Shown here piece after piece: positions 23,501-35,500 of a stretch of DNA of 64,000 nucleotides. The stretch lies in the NCBI GenBank assembly GCA_964270895.1, contig OZ185439.1; one strand, given 5' to 3'. The notes under the pieces are model-generated. The model saw only the letters and a list, made by a program, of their open reading frames with translations, did no database searches and was not told where the DNA came from. How positions within the stretch are numbered: the first letter of the stretch is position 1; every line of letters starts with the position of its first letter. The DNA is from Podarcis filfolensis. Lineage: Eukaryota. Position numbers and translations under genes: made by a program.

Positions 23501-26500
23501 GCACATTATTCTCTCCTCATGCATAATCTCCATTTATCCTTCCCTCCTGGTTCTTCTCTTAGTTCATTGCCTACTCTGCTCCTTTCATCCAACCTCCTTG
23601 CTTCTGAGTCAACAACTCATGGGTGTTGGGAAATGCATGCAAGCAGTGGCCAGACCCAAATGCGAGCAGTCAGACAAGCATTCACTTATAAAATTGTACC
23701 CAATTCACCTACGATCCATATATTTAATTTCTCACACATACACACACAGAGAATGGAAGAGGAAGAGGGAAGTCCTGAGAGGGAATTCCCAAGAATCAGC
23801 ATGGGATTAGAAATCCCAAGCAGTTAGTATGCATTCTGTGCTTACTGCTCACTTTCATCCAGTGATGAAGAAGCTTCTCTTCCTCTACTGACAGCACAGA
23901 AGCAGAGGAAGCTGCTGGAAGAGGGACAGAGCAATTCTCCAGTCAGTCTCCCTCTGCAGTCAGGACATATGAATGAAACAAGCATGGGATTGGGCCATGC
24001 AGAAAGGATCCATATATGATATAGGCCCAATCTGGCTCAAGGTCTGGCAGCTCTCCACCCATTCTGTAAAGGCCACTCACCACAGAATGCCACACCAATA
24101 CATTTGCTTAAAACGCAACCAATAGTACTCATTTCCCATACATAACTATTTGCATAAACAGAAGTGAACGAATAAATTGAGAGCTGGTATAATATATTCA
24201 ATTATTCAAACTGTCAAGTGCTTGATTATCAGGCTACTCAGTATGTTATCCTTTCAACCTTCCCTTTGCAATATAAGAATAATGACCTACCTTACAAGGT
24301 TGTGGTAAGGATTATTGAGAGAATGTATGCAAAACACTATGAACAATTTAATTGCAGATTTGGTATTCCGTATAAGCTATGCTACCAGCACTAAATTCTC
24401 AATTTATGATTCTAAGATAATAGATTGGAAGGGCCAGATGTTTAAAACAATTAATAGTGCACAATTTCAATAACTAAGGTTTTCATAATGGTGAGGGAAT
24501 GCCATTTTGCCAGTTATTTCAGAATTATGACAGGCAAATCAGTCCACTTTTTCAGACTAAGTTTCCTGCTTACATTTAACAGTAAAGGGAAAGTGGCAAT
24601 TTCAGTGTAACAGCTATGTGGAAAATTTAAGCATTCTTATTGAAGCAAATTGGGCAAATAGTTTTTTTAAAAAACTAAACAAAACTATGCTACGTGCATT
24701 TGTAGGGACTGGATTTCAATATCAGTTATCAGTAACAAATCCAGGAATGGAAAAGACTATTACCTGTATGACTGTTGAAATGTGCAAAATTAGCAAAATT
24801 CGCTGTGGCTGTGGAATGAGGAGCAGGAGCAGCAAATATGTCTGAACCAAGGTCAGAGAGAAGATCAAACTGTTTCTTTTCTTGTGACTGTCCTTGAGAT
24901 CGATTTACAACAGGAGACTGTAAACAACAAGTTAAAGTTGGCTAAACAAACATGAAGAGAGATTAATCCAAGGTTTTATTCCTGATGTAGAAGGACACAC
25001 CATTTTACTTTTCACCCAGATCAAGTTATTCTATCTGATAATGCACTAAGGGATCTGTGCAACCATTCCATCCCTCCAACTCTCTGCGAGTAGAGGAAGG
25101 TTTTGACCTGGCACAGAGAGAATAACAAAGTTGGTGCCAGGAATGCCTAGCTGGAGAGAGCATTCCACAGACAAAGGTCCACTGCTATAAAGGCCCTTTG
25201 TCATCATGCTCTGAACCTCTCTCAGAGGGGGTAACTGTAGGGCCTCAAATATTGACTTAAGAGTATGGTTGGGTTCATAGCAGGAGAGACATTCTGTTAA
25301 ATATTGGAGTCCTGAGCCATGTAAGGCTTTGCAAGTTTAAATGAGCATTTTCAATTAGGCCTGGGAATATACAGGCAGCTAATGCATCCAGCCAGAATAG
25401 CAGTTATATGATCCAAATATCTGAGAGAAGAGATACGAGTGCTGAGCAAGCAATAAGGCTGGCTGAGATTCAGCATGGCTAAAAGAAATGAGAGTAGGAG
25501 GAAAAATCAGAAATTCGGGAGAACTGTAGGGTGTGAAAGAACAGTTTTTGCCTCTCTACTCACTTGTGTAGGTGTGCTCTTATTTAAGTGCAGTGCCGGT
25601 GCAGACTCTCCCAGAAGAGATTTAAGTGGCTTGACTTCTGGAGTACTACTTGTACTACTAGCAGAGGAGCCAGATATAGATGCATGGACAGATGCCACAA
25701 CTTTTGCTTGTTCTGGTGGAACATACCTAAGACAAATATATATTACAAATTTAATAGACACAGTCCCAATATATCTTGTTAGAAGAAAGAGAACCTAAAG
25801 TTACTTTTTCAAGCACTATAGCAGGGGTTCCCAAACTGTGGTCCACAGACCACTGAATGAGCTTCATTCAGGTGGTCTTGATGTGTCTGTGGATTTGTGG
25901 CTGAAGATGGGAGGTGGCAAAGTCATTCCTTTATATGTGTATATTGATTTCTAATTGTATATTATGGCTTTTATTTCTTATATTGTATTAAAACTGGAAT
26001 TCTATGGAATTCAAACTGTAATAAAATACTGTAAGAAACAAAAGCAGCAATAAAAATAAAATTAAATATCATATAGCATCTAACACAGTACATTACAACT
26101 GTTAAATTGGGCAGAAAAATCATTAAGCGGTCTGTCAAGAACCTCGGCAATTTTCAAGTGCCCCAGGAGGTGGTGACGTTGGGAACCACTGCACTATAGC
26201 AGCTTACAACACAAAACAGCCGCCATGCAAATACAGTTTCAAAAAATCTCCCCATAGCAGTCTTATGACAAGAGACCCTAGAGTAGAACAGTTATTTCAC
26301 AAGACTATTTCAATTCAATTCCAGTTAAGCTACTACCAGCAGTTGTCTGCCCTAGAATCCATCTCAAATATTCTGATAACTTGCCAGTCCTGGTCTTAAG
26401 AGTATAAGGTAATGAATGAATGGAGGCAGTGGGCAATATCATCTAACAGTTTCAAGTACAATTTCTGTAACTGTACAGCTCTTAATGTTTATGTCAACTG

Positions 26501-29500
26501 CTGCTAAGGTGCACTAACCTCAAGAAGAGCAAATCAAACATGCTGCACATTTGGGAATGTGTTATAAAATTTACAGTATTTTGGCAGCATACTAAACTTT
26601 AAGGAATTCATTGAATGGTACACTAAACAAACTAAATTCTCAATTAATGCTACTGACATTTTTAATCCCAAACTGAAGTATCCCCAAGGTCTGCTTAAAC
26701 AAGACTGTTTCCCACATCAGTGTCTATTTCATTGAGGAAAATCCAGTGTTCATTGAATATACAGTAAACCTGTACATCTCTTTAACTTCACGTACACCTA
26801 CCAAAGAGTATGTTTTTGTCATGTTTTCCACCTTTGTGGAAGCAATATGTATGTAATAAATTATTCTGCCACATAAGTAGTGGGGAAAGGAAGCTGTCTC
26901 ATGCTACAGAAGACCACTGGTTCAGCTGGCTAGGTTTATCCTGGCTGGGAGAGGTTCTCCGTTGTTTCAGAAGGGAGACATTTCCTGCCTTAACTGGAGG
27001 TCGTAGGTAATGAACCTGGGGCCTTCTGCATGCAAATCAGATGCTCTACCACTGAGCTATGTCACTTCTCCTCCAAAAAGTCCCATCACTGGGATTTGAA
27101 TTTGCAGTCTTAACCTTCCTCCTGCTTCTGTCCAGTACCTACAGACTGGCTTAGTCAATCATAGGCACTGTCAACAAGCCTGCCTGAAAGTTACTACAAA
27201 AAGGGAACGCATGCTCCTATGCCACAAGAACTGCTTCCTGGCAAATTTTCCTTTGTCCAGTCTTACCCTCAATACTACCTAACGGATCGTTTTATAATAC
27301 CCAGCTCCTTGTGGTCAGGAACAATCGTTTTGTATTCTTTGGGAGAAGTGCCAACCCTCATGCTAGCCCAAGCCCAATGAAACATCATCATAATAATGCA
27401 GAAAGGAAGTAGTTCCAGGGGCCCGAGAGGAATAATCTCTAAGATAGTGATCAAGATTTGGCAATTAGAAATGAATCGTGGGAAGCTATCTTCCTGCAAA
27501 GCATCCAGACAAAGTAAATAACAATACAGAAAAGAGCATGTATATACTTAAATGATAGCTATACTAGCAAAATTAAGAAACACCAATTTTAGCAACAAAA
27601 AAGTTGTTTTAAAATACTAGCAAAATAAGGTGTGTACTGACCATCTTTTCTTTTCATATTTTTCTTGTAAGAATTCCTTGACCTTTTGAGGATCCCTGAA
27701 GTCTGGAATTGCTGATGATCTATCATCAAATAATCCTAGCCAAATCTGTTTACACACCTTGTGGAGGAAACACAATACAGTATTAGGTTAAATCAATTTC
27801 AACTTGATCATTTAATTCATATAAACAGTGCAGACATACACTTACCAAGGAGTTAAGTCTCACTGTGTTCAACCAGGTTACTTTCGGAGTAAGCATTTAT
27901 AGGTGTGCATTGAGACACAGTAATCTGATCCTGCTATGCATACCTGCAAGGCCATTTAGCTCCTCTGCAATAGTAACTATTTATATCAAGAAGCAGAATA
28001 AGCATTGTGCTTAAGAATTTACTGGTGTGCATATCAGTGCTTTTCATAAACCTCCATCCGTTTTATGACAGTGTAATTGTTTAATATAGTATCACCAAAA
28101 CATGACATTCAGTTATTCTTAGCCTGCATTTCAACCCAAACAAAGCCCCCTAAAACAGTATACAACAGGTTTTACCCCAAATAAAAATCTGCAATTTACA
28201 AATTACATCTTTGAAGGGTTTTGTTTCAAACCTTTACATACATTTCTGTAAAAATGCATCTAAATTTTTATTTGTAATTCAAAAGACCTTGAATGCCTAA
28301 ATTAATACAAATGGTTAATTGAAAGATGCATTCTAGTCCAATATATATAATTTGGTACAAAAAGGTTTCCGAAACAAACCATACAGTTTCCAAACTGGTT
28401 ATGGCTTTCTAGAAGAGGATGCTAGGGGCCATTTTTTAAAAAGGACACAGATTAGGTGTTGAGGGGAGCACACAAAAGCCTTTTGACATCACAGAATCAC
28501 ATCATGGGAGTGGTCTGTAAGAAAAAATGTGTGTTTTTTGTTTTTTTTTTAAAAACTAAAACTTTTTTAAATAGATAAACTTAAAATTGGGGACACAAAA
28601 GGCCTTTTGGCATAATGGCAACACATAAGGAGACCCACAGGAGTTAAAATGTTTTTGTTTTTTTAGAATGTATATATTACAGCAGGTGGCCAAGTGGTTG
28701 CTCAGTTCATTGTGATAAAGGTAAAGGTACCCCTGACTGTTAGGTCCAGTCACGGACGACTCTGGGGTTGTGCGCTCATCTCGCTCTATAGGCCGAGGAA
28801 GCCGGTGTTTGTCCACAGACAGCTTCCAGGTCATGTGGCCAGCATGACTAAGCCGCTTCTGGCGAACCAGAGCAGCGCATGGAAATGCCGTTTACCTTCC
28901 CGCTGGAGCGGTACCTATTTATCTACTTGCACTTTGACATGCTTTCAAACTGCTAGGTGGGCAGAAGCTGGGACCCAACAATGGGAGTTCACCCCGTCAC
29001 GGGGATTTGAACCGCTGACCTTCTGATTGGCAAGCCCTAGTCTTTGTGGTTTAGACCACAGCGCCACCCGCATCCCATATATTACAGCAGGAGACCAAGT
29101 GGTTGCTCAGTTCATTGCAATAGGATAGGACAATTGTTGCATAAAGCTGAATAAATGTGTTCAGGGATAAGGGCATCCATTCCCTCCTAGCAAAGGCAAA
29201 GAAACTGGGATTTTGCATGCAGATTGTTGTTGCCAGTCTGCATTTAACAGCAATGACGAAAATGAGGACTCCCATGGGTCACCCTGACTAATATAAACCA
29301 GGAAGTTGGCCAGGAACAGCTAGCTGCCTAAGTGCAGGCAGGCAGGCACAATAATTTAATTTTCTTTCTAGAAACAAAATATTAACACTAAGCTTAAGAA
29401 AATTCTCGATAGGTTTTTGCAAGTGAATGGATAATACAGGTAGAGAGCTATAAGCTGTATATATCTCAAATCCTAGCAAAAAGTGAACCAATTTAAATTA

Positions 29501-32500
29501 AAGCAACTAAGTTGTTAATGTACTGAAAAGCATGCTTTGATTTATGAAAGCTTCCTCGTGTGCACTCCTGCTATTTCCTAGAAAAGACACTTTCCACAGT
29601 TGATGCAAGTATGGAATGACTGGAGTGCCGGTTTAGCGTTCATTCAAGATGCAACTGCACATTACTTACGGAGACTGGTTAAAAATCTGTATCCCAGTAT
29701 TTTCCACCTTATGGCACAGAGCTCATTTGGGTAACTTCTAGTTAAAAATAAGTGGCCTGATACACAATTACAAATAAGTCACATTTCATTCATCTGTAGA
29801 CTACTCTGTATGAAAACCGTTTGGTAATAAAGATAATGAACATTTCAGAATATGCCATACAATGAATGAATAACGTATATTTTGCAGCAGCCAATTACTA
29901 GATTTACAATTTGACATAGCAACAAAGCAGAACTATAGTACAAGAGAAACTTGCCACAGGAAGGATTTTGAAACGGTGTTCCTGAGTAAGCAAGCAGTAA
30001 CTTGTAGTCAGTAAATACCCTAATTCCTTTGTCTTAGTCACTGATCTATTGGCTAATATATGCTTCCTAGAAATGCAAGAACTGAAAGCATTAGTCCAAC
30101 ACAATTTTAGATACTCCAGCACTTCAGTCAGGAATTACTTGCTTGGCTGCCTTTATAAGACATTTAAATATTCCCTCTATACCACTTTCATTTTACTTGA
30201 TTACATTCTATTCTATTTCTACAGCAACTGCCACACTCCTGTTTTGTGAGCATAGTAATTCATTATGGCACAGTATCTCTTCATCTGCAGCAGTTTATTC
30301 CTTTGCAAATACTGTAATGGGAACAACTTTTGTGTATCACACAATAAAAAATATTAAGTAGACAAAAATAAATTTATCAAAATGTAAGAAGGTTGTACTT
30401 GTCAATTATTTGTGTAAGGAATTGCTCTAAATACCACAACTGCTTACAGAGACCCTTTAATAGTTTCTGCATCTTTCAACGGTAACTTATGACCACAACT
30501 GCTCATATTACATTTCCGATAAAACAAGAAAAATATAGAGAAACAAGAAAAATATACTGATTAGCCTGGTCCCAAGAGGATATAAATGCCCATTTATTTC
30601 TCACCACTTTGTTATGGCTTTAAAGAACTGATCTCCCACCCCTACCTTTTTCCTCCACTTTCCTTTTGTGGCTTAATAAGTGCCCTTCTCTCTTTTTAAC
30701 TGATGTGAGCTGCTCTGGGAGACAATAACTAATAGAAAAAAGGACAATAATACAGTAAACAAATATGCAAACTTTAGGGAAGCTATGCTGATGTTGGCTC
30801 CCACCTATGATAAATTCGTATAGCGTCACAACTAGCTTACACATGCATCATAGGGGCATCAATATTTGTAAGAATTTGTATTGCAGAAAAGGTTGGCACA
30901 CATAGTCCTGGTCATCCTAGATATAACATAAGTTTGAGGAAGATTACTACACCAAAGGGGCAAAGCCTTGAAACATTAAGTTTAGTGCACTGCAGAGGAC
31001 AACCCTCCCAATGAAGACCATGTCACCTTACACATGGGATAGACTGTCAGACTATGAGAATTCTATTGCCCTAATGCTGCAAAAGGTTTAGGGTTAAAAG
31101 AACAAGGCCTAAGGAGCTTTGGTTTTATGTGCTTCGTCCCATTGCATCAGGAAATTAATAACTCCAATCCTGTTATGTAGCAAAACAGAATCAAAACCAG
31201 GTTCTTAATCCCATTTTGAAGGTTAAACACCAACTATGTTTGCCTGTTTAGACAAGAAAAGTATGGATTGGCACAAGTGATATTCTTTTATCTTCTAATC
31301 AAGCATAATTATGTTTCACTATGCTCTACCAGAAAAACTAAGTGCTATAAACCCCTTTCTAAAAATAACGTTTAACTGATTGCCGAAGAATGGAAAAGTT
31401 TATTGCCAATGTAAGTTAACCATATTCCTCAGCAAGCAGATGACCTGACTGAATAATGTAAGACAGAGTCATGGGCCAGGCTCCATCCATGTGTATTAGC
31501 TATCACCTACTATTTTTTTAACTATAAAGACCTACAATTTTATTATTTATGGTGTCTTTATGGCATTCATAAAGTAGTTGGGATACCCTGCTAATGCCTA
31601 AATGAAGTACTCATTTCATGAGATGCCATGTGTTCAGTGTCAAGTCTCAAAACATAGTATTCCCCTAATTTATGCCAAATTTACTTAGATCTTTTACAAT
31701 ACTGTTAAGAGATTATTTCTAGAAGATTCCAGAACCAATGCCTGTAATCTGATAACTATCTGCCTTCACAACAGAAGACATGGGGCAAATCCCAGTGCCT
31801 GAACTAACTTTTGCAGGAAGGGAGTCTGAGGAACTGAGGCAGATAGTGGCTGATAAGAGATGAAGTTCTAGGCCTAAAAGACAAAATAAAAGCTGACAAA
31901 TTGCTGGGTCCAGATGGCATCCGCCCAAAGAACTCAGATGTGAAATTGCTGAACCTTTAACAAAAATATGTAACTTGTCCCTCGTAATCAGCCTCCATAC
32001 CAGAGGACTGGAAAGTAGCCAATGTAACACCAATTTTTAAAATGGGATTTAGAGGAGATCCTGGAAATTACAGGCTGGTTAGCTATATCTGCCCTAGGAA
32101 AACTGGTGGAAAGTATTGTTAAAGATAAAATAGCCAAACATACAGAAGAACAAGGCTTGCTGAAGCAGCTTTAGCATGGACAGAGAAGAGTTTTTCTCCT
32201 CTCATAACCAGTGTTAGAAACTGGAATAGAAAAGCTAGGAGCCAAATGGCTCCTGGGACCTGTGGAAGCAACACTTTTTATTTATTATTTTGATAAGCCT
32301 GAATTAATACGCAATTCACACAAGTGACACATTGTTGATACCACATTTTTAGCAGAAATTGTTAATACCTGTTTATTTCTGTGTTTACAATAAAAATATT
32401 GGTACCATACTTCAGTTTTCAAAACACTCTACTCTTTATTGTTAAACTCCTTAACATATTGTCTGTCCTTAACATAGACTTCGAAGCTTCAAATCACATA

Positions 32501-35500
32501 CATTTCAGTAATCCTTGAATGTCAGCCAGGCACAAAAAAATGGCAACCAGACTTTTGGAGGTGCTCACAAATGGAGACTCTTTAGGTGCAAAATGTGCCT
32601 GGCACCCTGCTAATTTCAAACCCTGTTCATAACACCACTACTCGTGGACATCCACTGAAGCTGAACCCTGGATGATTCAGGACAGATAAACGAAAGTATT
32701 TCTTCATACTTAAACAATGGAACTGGTTCCCACAGAAAGCAGTGATGGCCACCAACTTGGATGGCTTTAACAGACTATTAAGATAAGTTCATGGAGGACA
32801 AGGCTATCAACAGCTGCTTGTTCTACAAGTTGTTGGGAATTGCAGGTGGGCAGGTGCTTCCAGGCTTCCCAAAGGCACCTGCTTCACCAGTGTGAGCAGG
32901 ATGCTGGACTAGACAGGCTACTGGCCTGATTCAACAGGCTCTACTTAGGTTCTTCTTTCCTCCAGGATTTTCCATTTTTATATTACAAAACCATTACATT
33001 TTCTGGTAATTTCGAAGATCCCACATGCAGCAACTTCTTCCTTTCTCCCTATAATTAACATATGGCAAGTTACTGCTGCCCTGTGTAAAATGGATGGGAA
33101 TTAAGTGGTTTGAGGAAAGACCACTCATCTTTAACAGCAGTTCTACCCACACTGAAAAATGTAGCACTGCGGTATTTTGAACAATAAACAGTTTTGTAGA
33201 AGAAAAAGGAAAAAGAGTAACAAACACAATTGGCACAAGGCTATGAGACATCGTTCTTGCTGCAGAAACCAATTTGGAGGGGTCTGAAGTTTCATAGTTC
33301 TCAAATACTATTTTTTTGCTACAAACAGCAAAGAAAATTTCAATTCTCATTTTCAGCATGGGAGTGGCTAACCTTTTCTGCCTTAGGGGCTGTATTCATC
33401 CTTGGCTATCTCTCTAGGGTGCACATGCTAGTGGGTGGGTTTGGCCACTCTCCCTCACACACAAGATACACCCTCACACACAGCCCCCAGTTGGTCCACA
33501 CTCAGCTCAGGATGACGGTCACTGCATCCTCCCCACTGATCAAGTGATGATAATTTGATGATAATTTGCCATTTCTAATACCCATCAGGGTGCTGGGCAG
33601 GGTGGGTTATAAATCTATGACCATCCTGCACCATGTCTACTTAACACTCCATTTTTACCAACACCAAAATCAGTGTGGTTTATAGGGCAGAAAAACTTGC
33701 TTGGGGACTTCATTAGTCCAAGACTTAACCATCCCTGAATTAAAGGCTTCTATCTTCTTGAAGAATGATAAATCACATTCATTTGAGGACTATTTATTCC
33801 CTTAAAAACAAGTCTGTAATACTTACTTCATTCCCATGTTTCTGCAGAAATTCTATTTCTTGCTGTGTGAATGTGGTCATGGAAATGGACTTCACTCTGT
33901 GAGGTGGATTTAAACCTCGTCTATAAAACAAGAAAATTGAAGGAAGTCATTCTAGAAACTTTTCAAGAAGAAAATAAAGTTCTACTATACCTTGAAGCTA
34001 CAATTGGTCAAAGAAACCATCCTAGCTCTGAAGAATCTTAGGCATGAAAGAAAATTGCCTTTTTCTAAGTGTTAGTACTTGTTTTGGAGTACTTATCCAA
34101 GAGCAGTGAAAAAGTTAGGCCTAATAATTTTAGTTTAATGAATTTATAATTTTACAGGAATCAATTAAGAATATCAGATCTCAATTCCATAGCCCTTTCC
34201 CTTAAGGACATTAATCTTTTGAAGGGACTAAGGAACTGGATGGTTTAAAGTACTTTGTAAAGATACAGATTCACTTGGTTGCCTTGAATCTGTGACATTT
34301 TCTCCCTACTATTTACCTACTTAAGATCTGGAAAGCTAAAAGTGTTAGATAACCTGAGGTTTCATATATTATTTTGATTTTTAAGTGTTTGATGTCTTAC
34401 TGTGTTCTAATTTGTTGGAAGTCACCCAGAGTGGCTGGGGTAACATAGTCAGATGGGCAGCACATAAATAAATAATAATAATAGTATCATCAAAGTATTT
34501 GAAACTTATTTAAGCATCGTATTGCTAGCATTGAAGTTTTATTAATTTAACAGATTTTTCTACTCTAAAAATGCACATATGTCCAAGAAATTGATTTATT
34601 TAAACTGCTTAATATTTCAAAAATCTCCAAGCAATATAGTCTAATAAACAAGCAAACAGGAAGAAGTTTATTTGCTCCACCTCCCTCCATATTTGTCTCT
34701 TCAGCCTTCTTAAAATCAAACCTGTTCCTTAAAATGTGTGTGGCAAATTTACGGTCCAGACACTGTTGAACTTCCATCATCCCTTGTCATATTGCACATG
34801 GTCCTGTCTCAGTTTGAGAATGGTTATGCTAATTTCAACTGCAAAAGTTCAGCAGCAACCTTGCCCCTGCTATAATGTATGAAATAGAACCCAAAGGTCT
34901 GGAAGTGAGAGAACCAATGATTCCTGCAAGTACTAAATAGGAAACTTCAGCAATACATCTAAGCTACACCTCTGTATAAGGATTACTGCAGGAAGGATTA
35001 GTGACTCAACGGAAATAGTGATATGGCTAAAGTTACTTTCATGTGTACTTGTAATGGTGAACTAGTAAAAATCAATTAAGAGTAAATTTGTGAGTATATA
35101 ATATAAGTACATGGTGCTGACAGCAAGTCTTTTTACATATAATTTTTATGGATAACTTTTTACATGCACATGTGTCTAATTATGGATGGCAAGTGATGGA
35201 TTCCTTAAACATGGTCACACAGGGAGAACTATAACTTTGGTTCTACAAGTTATTTAGCATAAGACCTTCCAGTGATTTTCTTTACTATACGCTTTAAACT
35301 GGATATCCAATTGTCAGTTTGGAACCTTCCATACAAAGCACATATTCCACCTATGAGCTCCAATCCAGAAGCAGGAGTCAACAGTTCTGATCTATTTGAC
35401 AAGTGCCGTACCTTCATTTTAGTAACTGTCACAGCAAATCAAGCTCCATGTGCAACACCATGTGATTGAACAAAACAAATCTTGGAAGGTAAAAAGGATA

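Noticed and set aside
23200-23620. Purine-rich minus-strand tract ending in an SPGPDG-like motif (possible old LINE ORF2)
   Set aside because: Only a six-residue motif amid many stops; too weak to call.
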